A DNA stretch of 59,649 nucleotides from the sequence record DRR723986_45297, one strand, 5' to 3'. The position numbers were made by a program, and so were the translations under genes. This document shows, in pieces, positions 39,860 through 49,490 of this stretch (its first letter is position 1; every line of letters starts with the position of its first letter). The notes under the pieces were generated by a model. That model searched no databases, was not told the DNA's origin, and saw nothing but the letters and a program-made list of their open reading frames with translations.

Positions 39860-41645
39860 CTATGATACCTTATCTAATTGACTTTCTTGAATCTTAGAGT
39901 TAATCATTTGAAAGAACTCATAATTATCAAATGGCTTTGTAATGACGCCATTATATCCAATAGAGAGGTAATCATTCTTAACTTCTTCAATATCTGCAGC
40001 TGTTAAAGCTAGAATAGGTATTGTTGGATTAAACTTACGTATTTCCTTAGTTGCCTCGTTACCATTCATAATTGGCATATTAATATCCATCAATATAAGG
40101 TCAAAATGATCAACATTTAAAGCATCTATTGCCTCTTGTCCGTTTTGAACAATTTCAAATTCAAAATTTTCTTTGGTCAACAGGTTCTTTGTGACGATTT
40201 GGTTAATCTTATTATCTTCTGCAACTAAAATTCTAAAGCCGGTATTTAGTGCAACAACTTTTTTCTTAGTTGTTTTTTCAATAGACGCTTTTATTGCGTC
40301 TTTATCAATAGTAAAAGTGATATTAAACCTAAAAATACTTCCTTTTCCAACTTCACTCTCTAGAGCGATGTCACCATCAAATAACTCTACTAAGTTCTTT
40401 ACAATTGCTAAACCTAAGCCTCTACCTTGGTAATTTACATTTGTGTTCTCATTTAGTTGAGAAAAGTTTTCAAAAATCTTTTTATGTTGTTCTTTATCTA
40501 TTCCTGTTCCATTATCCTAAACTTCAAATCTTAAAGAAAGTTCATCATTAGTGCTATCTATCTTAGTTATTCTAACACATATTTTACCATTTTCAGTGAA
40601 TTTTACACTATTTCCAATTAAGTTAATTAGTATCTGAGATAATCTAACATTATCACATTTAATAAATTCTGGAATTGTATCATCTATCGATACCTGAATT
40701 TGATTATTTGTTTCTTCTAATCGATTTTGAAATGAGTTAATAATATTATCTGTCAATACTCTAAGATTTACAGATACATTTTTAAGCTCTACCTTTTCTG
40801 ATTCCATTTTTCCTATCTGTAAAATATCATTTACTAAATTAAGAAGGTAATCACCAGAATATTTTAGCGATTTTAAATACTTACTATCTTTTGCCAATAG
40901 GTCATTACTATTTAGTAATAATGAGGTTAAACCAACCACACCATATAAAGGTGTTCCAAGCTCATGCGTTACATTAGAAATAAACTTAGTCTTTAATTCT
41001 GAAGATTTCTCAGCTTCGTTCTTTGAAATTTCTAGCTGCTCATTTCTAACTTTTAAAATGTTACTAAGCTTTTGTTTTGATCTGAAATTCTTGTAAATAA
41101 TTAAAAATGATACTAATAAAATTATAATTACTAAAATAAACCCAATATTTAATAGCTTAATTCTTTTAGAAATCTGTTCTTGAACTAACTTTTCCTTAAT
41201 GGCAGAAGCTGCTTCTTGCTTACAATTTGCAATTAATAGTTTTGATTCTGCAATTTGCTCTTGCTTAATTCGTTCTTCATTAAAAAACTGTTCTCTTGCT
41301 TCGTTGTGTAATATTAGGGCTATATGCGTCATCCGTCTTTTCTAAGGCAGCATATGATACTGAAAGCGTCTTATACACCTTACTTAGCAACAAGTTACAT
41401 TTAACAGCATTAATCTTAGAACTACATTTTTTCAAATATCTACTAACATCAATAAACTTAGTGGTTGCTAGATTAAAAGATTCCTTTTCAACAAAATACA
41501 ATCCAAAAGTATAGCTTAAAGATCCTTTTAAATAGTAATTAAATCCAGTAATGTTCTCAATATTGTTTTGAGCTCTTAAAAGGTATGTTAGCGCTTCATT
41601 TTAGTATGATTTGGGATTGTTAATGTAGTTCAGCCCTAATCTTAC
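39860..41645 (-). pseudogene. Decayed hybrid histidine kinase/response regulator
   Basis: In-frame TAG at 40517-40519 (FEV*DNG), a frameshift near 41320-41335, an in-frame TAA at 41601-41603, and no N-terminus. Motifs are altered to HELGTPL and GRGLGL. The receiver domain is at 39860-40230. Confidence 0.85.
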
Positions 41646-41733
41646 CTTTTAAAAAAATGGGTGAATTGTTAAATAAAAAAAATAACCGACAAAAATTCGA
41701 TTAAAAGCGTAAAATTCAGATAATTATATTAGT

Positions 41734-42024
41734 CTATAGCTTTCTTTTTACTGAACCTGTGAAGTCTTCTAGGTCGTCTTTTACCTTATTTAGCTCTTCT
41801 TGTATGTCTTCAGCAACGCTTGTATCAATAACATTGCTCTCCTTAGCACTTTTAGTTACTTCGTGTTTAATATCATTGGTCGCATCTTTAAGTTGACGCA
41901 TACCTTTGCCAAGACCACGAGCTATTTCAGGAATTTTATCTGCACCAAAAACCATAACCACAATAAATAGTATGAATATAATTTCGGTTCCTCCAATAAA
42001 TAATAATGTAGCTTGTTGTATCAC
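41734..42024 (-). CDS. tatA: Twin-arginine translocase TatA/B subunit
   Basis: IGGTEI...VFGADKIPEIARGLGKG.R..K. GTG start preceded by tatatttg at 42029-42036. Confidence 0.88.
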   Translation of the reverse strand: MIQQATLLFIGGTEIIFILFIVVMVFGADKIPEIARGLGKGMRQLKDATNDIKHEVTKSAKESNVIDTSVAEDIQEELNKVKDDLEDFTGSVKRKL

Positions 42025-42054
42025 GCTGCAAATATAGAGCGACTTTATAGAATA

Positions 42055-42080
42055 AAAAAAGCCTACTCGTTAAAGTCGGC
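42055..42080 (-). terminator. Intrinsic terminator after the M1 peptidase gene
   Basis: Minus strand gccgact-ttaacg-agtaggc (one mismatch) followed by tttttt. Confidence 0.55.
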
Positions 42081-42103
42081 ATAATTTTATTAATATCTGT
42101 TAT

Positions 42104-44401
42104 TTAGTTTTTGACTTTATTTTTAAACTTGTCAAATTCACTTTCCTTTGTTTCTCTTGGCCAACTATTATTAGATGTATCTACATCAGCTGTTTCTAAA
42201 TCTGGGTCTACAGTAATAGCAACAATTTCCCTATCACTTGCAATTGCTCTACTAACTTCTTTATCATTTAATCTCCAAATTTGTGCAGGGTAAGTGATTT
42301 TCTCTTTAGTACCATCAGCATACTCATACTGTACTATTAATGGCATTACTAATCCTCCTGGTTTATCAAACGTAACCTGATAGAAAAATTTAGGTGCTTT
42401 TTTCATCTCCTTTTGTTCTTCTGGAGTAAAGTTGTCCATTATATATTCTTTTACGGTAGGAATATTATCTATAGACGTTGAGCTATTCATAGCTTCATCA
42501 TATCCTTCTTCATCTTCTTTCACAAAGTAAACTAAACTATTTGGATCCATTCTATAACGCTCTGCTAATCGCTTACCATTTTCATTTGGATTACCAGTAA
42601 CTACAAATTTCTTAACTTCTTTAATTCCTATGTCAGTATAATCAGTTGTGTAAAACCATCCTCTCCAAAACCAGTCTAAATCAACTGCAGAAGCATCTTC
42701 CATCGTTCTAAAGAAATCTTCTGGTGTTGGATGTTTAAACATCCAACGGTTTGCGTATTCACTAAAGGAGTAATCAAACAAATCTCTCCCCATTATAGTC
42801 TCTCTTAGTATATTTAAACCTGTTGCAGGTTTACTATAGGCATTACTACCAAATTGATAAGTATTTAGACCTTTGGTCATAATAGGCGCAATAAAATCCT
42901 GATCACCTCCCATATATCTTACTATATTTTTAGCTGGTCCTCTACGAGATGGATATTTATCCTGACCTGGTGATAAGGCCGCAGGATACCACTCACCAAA
43001 ATCTTGTTCCGCTACATACTGCACGAAAGTGTTTAAGCCTTCATCCATCCATGTCCATTGACGCTCATCACTGTTTACAATCATTGGGAAGAAGTTATGC
43101 CCTACTTCGTGAATAATTACACTGATCATTCCAAATTTAGTTCTATCAGAGTAATTTCCATCTTTATCTGGTCTTCCGAAATTGTAGCAAATCATAGGAT
43201 ATTCCATACCCATTGGTGCATGTACTGAAATAGCTTTATGATACGGATAATCAAAGGTCATACGAGAGTATGATTTTAATGTGCTTGCAACCGCTTTGGT
43301 AGACCATTGCTCCCAAAGTGGATTACCTTCTTTAGAATACATAGAAACAGCCATAACATCTCTATCGCCTAATTTAACAGCCATCATATCCCATAAAAAC
43401 TTGCGTGAAGTAGCAAAACCAAAATCACGCACCATTTGCGCTGATAACTTCCATGTCTTCTTATCCTTACTTTTAGTCTTTTCTGTCTTCTCTGCTTCTT
43501 CTTGCGTAACTATCATCACAGGTTCATCATAAGATTTTTTAGCCTGCTTATAGCGCTTCATCATTTCTTTGGTAAATACTTCTTCTCTGTTAACGAGGTA
43601 TCCAGTACCATCTAATAAATGATCTGCTGGTACAGTAATATTAACATCAAAATCTCCAAATGGAAGCGCAAATTCGTCACGTCCCCAGAACTGAGAATTT
43701 TGCCATCCTTCAACATCATTATACACAGCCATACGAGGATAAAACTGTGCCATTACATAAATTCTATTATCATTCTCTGGAAAATATTCGTAACCTGAAC
43801 GTCCACCATCTTTTACATGATCATTAATGTTATACCACCACTTAATCTTAAATGAAAATTTATCACCAGTTTTCATAGGTTCTGGTAACTCTACTCGCAT
43901 CATTGTACGATTGATTGTATGAGGTAAATCGTTATTATTTATATCCTTTACATGCTCTATGTTAAAACCACCATCAAAACGTTCTTTTAAATAAGATCTT
44001 ACTGCTCTTGAAGACGTTGTAGCTGGTCCGATAGCGGAACTATTAATTAGAGGTGATTTTGAATCTCTAGCTCGCATATTCTGATCTAACTGCACCCACA
44101 AATACTTTAATTCGTCTGGTGAATTGTTAGTATAAGTAATTGTTTCATCACCATAAAGACGTGCATTGTCATCATCAATTTCAATATCCATTTTATAATC
44201 TGCCTGTTGCTGGTAATAGGCAGGACCTGGAGCACCAGAACCTGTTCTAAACATATTAGGTGTAGCAAACTCGTCATATAACTGCTTAAATTTGTTTTCG
44301 TTAGTATGACCAGGTTTACGCTCTGGCTTAATTTCATTTTGAGCAAATGCACTTACAGAAATCATAAGAAAAGCGCATAAAGAATACTTTAAAATTTTCA
44401 T
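42104..44401 (-). CDS. Secreted M1-family zinc aminopeptidase
   Basis: GMEYP, HEVGH-X18-E (MDEG), and a signal peptide. Confidence 0.9.
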   Translation of the reverse strand: MKILKYSLCAFLMISVSAFAQNEIKPERKPGHTNENKFKQLYDEFATPNMFRTGSGAPGPAYYQQQADYKMDIEIDDDNARLYGDETITYTNNSPDELKYLWVQLDQNMRARDSKSPLINSSAIGPATTSSRAVRSYLKERFDGGFNIEHVKDINNNDLPHTINRTMMRVELPEPMKTGDKFSFKIKWWYNINDHVKDGGRSGYEYFPENDNRIYVMAQFYPRMAVYNDVEGWQNSQFWGRDEFALPFGDFDVNITVPADHLLDGTGYLVNREEVFTKEMMKRYKQAKKSYDEPVMIVTQEEAEKTEKTKSKDKKTWKLSAQMVRDFGFATSRKFLWDMMAVKLGDRDVMAVSMYSKEGNPLWEQWSTKAVASTLKSYSRMTFDYPYHKAISVHAPMGMEYPMICYNFGRPDKDGNYSDRTKFGMISVIIHEVGHNFFPMIVNSDERQWTWMDEGLNTFVQYVAEQDFGEWYPAALSPGQDKYPSRRGPAKNIVRYMGGDQDFIAPIMTKGLNTYQFGSNAYSKPATGLNILRETIMGRDLFDYSFSEYANRWMFKHPTPEDFFRTMEDASAVDLDWFWRGWFYTTDYTDIGIKEVKKFVVTGNPNENGKRLAERYRMDPNSLVYFVKEDEEGYDEAMNSSTSIDNIPTVKEYIMDNFTPEEQKEMKKAPKFFYQVTFDKPGGLVMPLIVQYEYADGTKEKITYPAQIWRLNDKEVSRAIASDREIVAITVDPDLETADVDTSNNSWPRETKESEFDKFKNKVKN

Positions 44402-44464
44402 GTTGAATTAGTGTTATTAAAAATGATGCCTAAAATAGGAATTTAGTGTCGTTTTAACAGTGTT

Positions 44465-44971
44465 TTAATCAAAGTTTAACACGCATTTATCATTGTCTGG
44501 GAGAAGTAAAAAACTTTTGTTTTTTCCAAGCATTTTAATTCTAACTATATTTTGTTGTTCTGAAAAGACATCGAACAGCACCTTATTGGTAACTTCTATT
44601 GACTTCACTTTTCTAACTTTTTCTATTTCTAAATAGCAATAGGTTATATCGTCTTTGTATTCTTTGCCAATAAATGTGTAATAGACTGGTTTATCATTAA
44701 CTGTAATCTTGAGTTTATCTTCGAGATATTTAGCCATATATCCATCTACCGATTTGTTTTCGTCTGGTACATCTAAAGTTATTTTTTCATCATAGCGCTC
44801 TCTTAGTAACTTCTCAAAATCATCAATAAATATTTGGGTAATAATTTGTAAAGATTTTTGCTCTTTAGCATACTCTACAGTTGTTACACTAACATAATAT
44901 TCGTGTTTCTCTTTACTTGATATTAAAGTGACAAAAAGGAGTAATACTAAAATGTACTTGATATTTTTCAT
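44465..44971 (-). CDS. Secreted conserved protein (DUF6702-like)
   Basis: Signal peptide, H.YYVS, IF.DD.E and N..LF.....Q.N.V; adjacent to the M1 peptidase gene. Confidence 0.65.
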   Translation of the reverse strand: MKNIKYILVLLLFVTLISSKEKHEYYVSVTTVEYAKEQKSLQIITQIFIDDFEKLLRERYDEKITLDVPDENKSVDGYMAKYLEDKLKITVNDKPVYYTFIGKEYKDDITYCYLEIEKVRKVKSIEVTNKVLFDVFSEQQNIVRIKMLGKNKSFLLLPDNDKCVLNFD

Positions 44972-45018
44972 GGGTTATAATCTAAATCTTCTTCATAATT
45001 TCAAAAAGCATTCCAAAA

Positions 45019-45816
45019 TTAATCTTCTGTACCTGATTCTCTATTTTTGTTATATGCTACGAGTTTAGCTTGCAGGTATTCAATTGACTTAAGGTCATTA
45101 TTTTCTTTACACAGAGATATAAATGATGCATCCTCCATACAAAATAGGAAGTATTCATTTCTTAAATTATCTGCTAGTGTATCTGTTTCAAATATTATCT
45201 CTTCATAATCTCTTCTAAGTTTGATAATACATTTATTTCTATCATCTAAATCAACGATAGCTTTAAGTTTTTTAGTACGTCCGCTTATTTTATTTAATAG
45301 TTTATGAAAGTTTACACCAGCACCTAATCCTATATAACCCATCGGACCAGCATCTGCGTCATGCAATTTTCGCTCGTTTTGAGTTAAGGGTTTTCCTTTA
45401 TAACCTGGAATGCCTAAATCATAAAAGTTTATCTCTGGCTCAGCCTTTGAATTCTGCAAATCGGATTCTAGACTTCCTGTTAATATAGTACCTATAATTA
45501 CCTCATCTAGCTCATTGATTTTTTCAACTAACTCAACATTAAAGTTACCTAAATCAACCATTGATTCTGTTATAACCACTTCTTTTACCTGATACTTTAG
45601 TCCTGAAATAAAAAGAGTATCATTGATTTTTGCAGGAATTATAAATTTGCCATTCTCATCAGATATATCATATTTTGACGCCGTTCTATTAAGAATATGA
45701 ATACCTTCAACTTCATCCTCCGTAATGAGTTGGCCATTTAAATCTTTACGCTGTGCACATACTAATACACTTGCAAATACAGCGCAAAGGGTACAAAATA
45801 TCTTAGTTTTTTTCAT
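45019..45816 (-). CDS. Secreted protein with carboxypeptidase-regulatory-like N-terminal domain
   Basis: Signal peptide; SDENGKF.I.A..NDTL..S...Y...E....LDEV.I. Confidence 0.7.
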   Translation of the reverse strand: MKKTKIFCTLCAVFASVLVCAQRKDLNGQLITEDEVEGIHILNRTASKYDISDENGKFIIPAKINDTLFISGLKYQVKEVVITESMVDLGNFNVELVEKINELDEVIIGTILTGSLESDLQNSKAEPEINFYDLGIPGYKGKPLTQNERKLHDADAGPMGYIGLGAGVNFHKLLNKISGRTKKLKAIVDLDDRNKCIIKLRRDYEEIIFETDTLADNLRNEYFLFCMEDASFISLCKENNDLKSIEYLQAKLVAYNKNRESGTED

Positions 45817-46621
45817 CAGTATCTTTTAAGAAAGATTTGCTGAGTTCTGTAATACGCTCAAGAAATTGAAGTTCTTTATCTTTTTCTAATAGACCCTCAT
45901 CAATACCTTCACTCTCTACAAAGTCAAGAAATGCTTCTACTTGGTCTAATGGTATATTGAAATTTACATGAATATAATTAATACTGTATTTATCTAGTGC
46001 TTTTTTAAAAGGAGTTTTATTAAGCACTTTTTCCTTTTCTGAGACAGGATGCTTTGCATCTATATCTGCCACCTGACTTACTAGAAAACTAGCTAAATTT
46101 ACCAGATTTAACATATTGCCAACAGTAGGGTTATACTCACTCACCGCTAAATTATCAGCACCTGTTTTATAATCAGCAGAAAATTCAAAATCTGTGATAT
46201 GATCTAAACCAAAATATACATCATCTAAACTTACATTATAAGTTCTTACGTTTTCTAAATCTGCATTTAAATTCCCTGTGAGATCAAATGGTAATAGCAC
46301 AACCTCATCTAGTTTATTTACCTCTTCAACCAAAATAACGGTAAGACGTTTAGATTTTAGGATATCATCAGTAATAGATACTGTAAAATCTTTAAACTGT
46401 AATGCTCCAAATTCTATAACATCGTTTAAAGCCACCTGTATCGAAAAGTAACCGTCTTCGTCCGTAACTCTACCCTTATTAGAGGATGTATTGTACACAG
46501 TAACACCCTCTTTGTCTTCAGTAGACACTATTATTTTACCATTTATGGTACTTCGTTCAACATCTTGACCAAATACAGAAATAGTAACAAGGCTAAAAAC
46601 TAAGAGTAATACTTTTTTCAT
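45803..46621 (-). CDS. Secreted protein with carboxypeptidase-regulatory-like N-terminal domain (tandem paralog)
   Basis: Signal peptide; TDEDGYF.I.V..ND.I.F...QF...LDEVVL. Confidence 0.7.
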   Translation of the reverse strand: MKKVLLLVFSLVTISVFGQDVERSTINGKIIVSTEDKEGVTVYNTSSNKGRVTDEDGYFSIQVALNDVIEFGALQFKDFTVSITDDILKSKRLTVILVEEVNKLDEVVLLPFDLTGNLNADLENVRTYNVSLDDVYFGLDHITDFEFSADYKTGADNLAVSEYNPTVGNMLNLVNLASFLVSQVADIDAKHPVSEKEKVLNKTPFKKALDKYSINYIHVNFNIPLDQVEAFLDFVESEGIDEGLLEKDKELQFLERITELSKSFLKDTDEKN

Positions 46622-46772
46622 TTACTTTTTTTAAGAAAAATAAAGTTCGGTTATATTATTTAAATCTCATAAAAAATCACTGGTAAATGTTTGTTAAATC
46701 CTGATATATCTATAATTTGAGATTAATTTCCATAATGACAGAAGAACTTTTACCTTTACAAAAACTCGTATT

Positions 46773-47480
46773 TTGAAATCAATTATTATAGCAAGTACTT
46801 CTACAATTCATGGAAGTGGATATTTAGAATATCTATTAGATGAACTTAAAAATCATTTTAAAGCCGTTAACCAAGTATTATTCATACCCTATGCCAGACC
46901 AGCAGGAATTTCACATGATGATTACACAGAGATTGCTACTAAAGCATTTAAAAAAATAGGAAAATCTGTTATTGGGCTTCATCAATTTGAAAATGCTAAA
47001 GAAGCAGTCTCATATGCAGAAGGTATTTTTGTTGGTGGTGGTAACACCTTTGTTTTGGTGTCTCAATTGTATAAAAATGACGTACTAATAGCAATTAAAA
47101 ATGCAGTGAACTCTGGTACGCCTTATCTTGGCACAAGTGCTGGTAGTAATATTTGTGGCTTAACAATGAATACGACTAATGATATGCCAATAGTTTATCC
47201 TCCTAGTTTTAAAACATTAGGTTTGGTTCCATTTAATATTAATCCGCATTATCTAGACCCTAATCCAGATAGTAAACATATGGGTGAAACCAGAGAAACC
47301 CGTATTAAAGAATTTCATGCTTTTAATACACAACCTGTTATTGGGTTAAGAGAAGGTAGTTGGATAGATGTTTCAGAAAATTCAATTACACTAAAAGGCA
47401 CACTCGATGCCAGAATTTTTGAGCATGCAAAATCGCCTTATGAGATCGCAACAAACACTGACTTGAGCTTTTTAAAATAG
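46773..47480 (+). CDS. pepE: Dipeptidase E
   Basis: FIPYA, VGGGNTF, G.SAG.N, INPHY, GETRETRI.EF and GLREG. Confidence 0.94.
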   Translation: MKSIIIASTSTIHGSGYLEYLLDELKNHFKAVNQVLFIPYARPAGISHDDYTEIATKAFKKIGKSVIGLHQFENAKEAVSYAEGIFVGGGNTFVLVSQLYKNDVLIAIKNAVNSGTPYLGTSAGSNICGLTMNTTNDMPIVYPPSFKTLGLVPFNINPHYLDPNPDSKHMGETRETRIKEFHAFNTQPVIGLREGSWIDVSENSITLKGTLDARIFEHAKSPYEIATNTDLSFLK

Positions 47481-47481
47481 A

Positions 47482-47907
47482 TTAAATATTTTTAAAGAAG
47501 TGATAACCCCAAATCTCATAGCCTTCGTTATAATAAAATTTGTGCGATGGGTAATTTTGCACATAGGTGTTTAATTCCATGGAATTACAACCTTTATTTT
47601 TTACATAAGTATGCAGCCAATACATAAATTCTTTACCTAATCCCTTATTTCTATATTCGGGTATTATATAAACATGGTCTAGCTCTACAGATTTGCCAAC
47701 ATAATGTCTGGTAAAATACCACAACCCAGAAATACCTATTAATTTGTCACCTTCATAAATACCAGCACATTCGTAATTTTGAGTAATCATTTCATTGAAA
47801 CGAGACCTTAAAACACTCTTAGAGATTTTTGCTTCATTAAGCTCATAAACTAAACCAATAACAAGGTCTAAATCTTTACTCGGTGTAATTTTAAACTGAT
47901 AATTCAT
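47482..47907 (-). CDS. GNAT family N-acetyltransferase
   Basis: V...YRNKGLGK acetyl-CoA motif and N....FY...GY. Confidence 0.85.
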   Translation of the reverse strand: MNYQFKITPSKDLDLVIGLVYELNEAKISKSVLRSRFNEMITQNYECAGIYEGDKLIGISGLWYFTRHYVGKSVELDHVYIIPEYRNKGLGKEFMYWLHTYVKNKGCNSMELNTYVQNYPSHKFYYNEGYEIWGYHFFKNI

Positions 47908-48022
47908 AATCAACATTTAATACCTTAAATGTAAAACTTTAATTTTTTGACAGCAAAACCAATGACTTTTTTAAAATTTTTGTGTCAAACTTTTGTAAAT
48001 TGAAAACGTTAATACAATCAAT

Positions 48023-48790
48023 ATGAGAAGAGGTAACTTTAAAGTCAGAATTTTTATTTTTATTCTTATTGCAGGATTTGCATACCTGAGAAAATGTAGT
48101 CAAGAAGAAATAAATCCATATACAGGTAAAAAACAAGCTATTTCATTATCTCCACAAGAAGAAATTGCTATTGGCTTACAAAGTGCTCCTGGCATGGAGC
48201 AACAACATGGAGGTTTACATCCTGATAATCGTTATCAATCATTAGTTGATAATGTAGGTAATAAATTGGTTAATAATAGTATTGCCAAAGAAACGCCTTA
48301 TAGGTATGAATTTCATTTGTTAGCAGACCCAAATACCATTAATGCTTTTGCATTACCAGGAGGACAAATTTACATTACTTATGCTCTATTTTCTCAACTT
48401 AAAAATGAAGACCAACTTGCTGGTGTTTTAGGTCATGAAATAGGCCATGTATTAGGCAAACATTCTAATGAACGAATTACAAATGCTAACTTTTGGAAAG
48501 TTTTAGCAATGGGAAGTTCTGCTATTGACATGGGTGGTGTTGCACAACAAATTGGGCAAGGCCAACTTCTTAAAAACGGTAGAGGTGATGAACTAGATAG
48601 CGATGAACTAGGTGTTTATTTTATGATTGAGGCAGGTTATAATCCTGAAGAAATGATTGGAGTTATGGAGATTTTAAAAGCTGCTGCTGGTCCAAACAGA
48701 GTACCAGAATTTCAAAGCACCCACCCAGATCCTGAAAATCGTATAGAAAAAATAAGAGACGCTATTAGAAAATACAAAAATGCGTCTTAA
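48023..48790 (+). CDS. M48 family metalloprotease
   Basis: NAFALPGG, LAGVLGHEIGH, AGYNP and STHP....RI. Confidence 0.92.
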   Translation: MRRGNFKVRIFIFILIAGFAYLRKCSQEEINPYTGKKQAISLSPQEEIAIGLQSAPGMEQQHGGLHPDNRYQSLVDNVGNKLVNNSIAKETPYRYEFHLLADPNTINAFALPGGQIYITYALFSQLKNEDQLAGVLGHEIGHVLGKHSNERITNANFWKVLAMGSSAIDMGGVAQQIGQGQLLKNGRGDELDSDELGVYFMIEAGYNPEEMIGVMEILKAAAGPNRVPEFQSTHPDPENRIEKIRDAIRKYKNAS

Positions 48791-48804
48791 GTAAGACGCA
48801 TTTT
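48777..48804. terminator. Bidirectional terminator
   Basis: aaaatgcgtctta-ag-taagacgcatttt, a perfect inverted repeat between convergent genes. Confidence 0.8.
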
Positions 48805-48826
48805 CTAACTAACTAACTAACTAACT
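48805..48826. repeat. Tetranucleotide tandem repeat (CTAA)5CT
   Basis: ctaactaactaactaactaact abutting the terminator, in the 3' UTR of the ankyrin gene. Confidence 0.9.
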
Positions 48827-48843
48827 CAAATAATTGTCTTTAA

Positions 48844-49239
48844 CTAGACATTCTTGTTTTTAAACCTTTTCAAAAACTGTGCCGCTTCTTTGGCTTTAGC
48901 TTTTTTTGCGTGCCCAAGTGCTGTATAACCCAAATCACATGTCGCATGGATTTTAGATCCTGCTGTAATAAGTACTTTAATAATCTCTACACGGTTATAC
49001 TTGGCTGCATGATGAATAGGTAACATACCATTAGATTTAACATCTAAATCTGCACCTACTTTAATAAGTCTATTCACTTCACTGATATTACCAGTAGCTA
49101 CTGCTTTACATAGAGGACTTACGCCTACTGTTATCTCATAACTTTCAGTAACATCTGATGATAATAAATTATTTGTTGCATTTAAATTACTTAAACTAAA
49201 ACCCAATGCTAAGGCTAAAACTACTGCTGATTTTTTCAT
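48844..49239 (-). CDS. Secreted ankyrin-repeat protein
   Basis: Signal peptide; SPL..A...GN...V..LI..GAD, G..P.H.AA..N and G.TAL..A. Confidence 0.88.
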   Translation of the reverse strand: MKKSAVVLALALGFSLSNLNATNNLLSSDVTESYEITVGVSPLCKAVATGNISEVNRLIKVGADLDVKSNGMLPIHHAAKYNRVEIIKVLITAGSKIHATCDLGYTALGHAKKAKAKEAAQFLKRFKNKNV

Positions 49240-49287
49240 GATGAAAGATTTTTAAATTAATTGATTGTTTTTTGATTATGCTATAAA

Positions 49288-49313
49288 GACGACTTTTGGC
49301 GCAAACTGTTACA
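49288..49313 (-). promoter_or_regulatory. Putative ECF-sigma promoter TGTAACA-N15-CGTC upstream of the ankyrin gene
   Basis: Minus strand tgtaaca-gtttgcgccaaaagt-cgtc; same boxes and spacing as 969-994. Confidence 0.5.
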
Positions 49314-49490
49314 ATCCAAAATGTTATATAACATAGATTTAACGTTTATGAGGTAATATGTTAATTGTATTAAAAAGTTATGTGTTGCGAAAATTTTTTA
49401 AACTCAGGGTACTAGAAATATTATTTTTTCCAGTTTGAAATTTGTTATCATAATGTATATAGTATCTTTGGTATCTTTAATTAAATAGAC

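Noticed and set aside
12744..40519. TAG stop-codon reassignment or read-through, suggested by three in-frame TAGs
   Set aside because: TAG ends many intact genes at their expected C-termini (nqrF FDDFGG, apbE, pepE, tatA). In-frame TAA stops and a frameshift also occur, and no suppressor tRNA or pyrrolysine genes are visible. Decay or sequence error is the simpler explanation.
48805..48826. Phase-variation contingency repeat
   Set aside because: It lies in a 3' intergenic region between convergent genes, not in an ORF or promoter, and has only 5.5 units.
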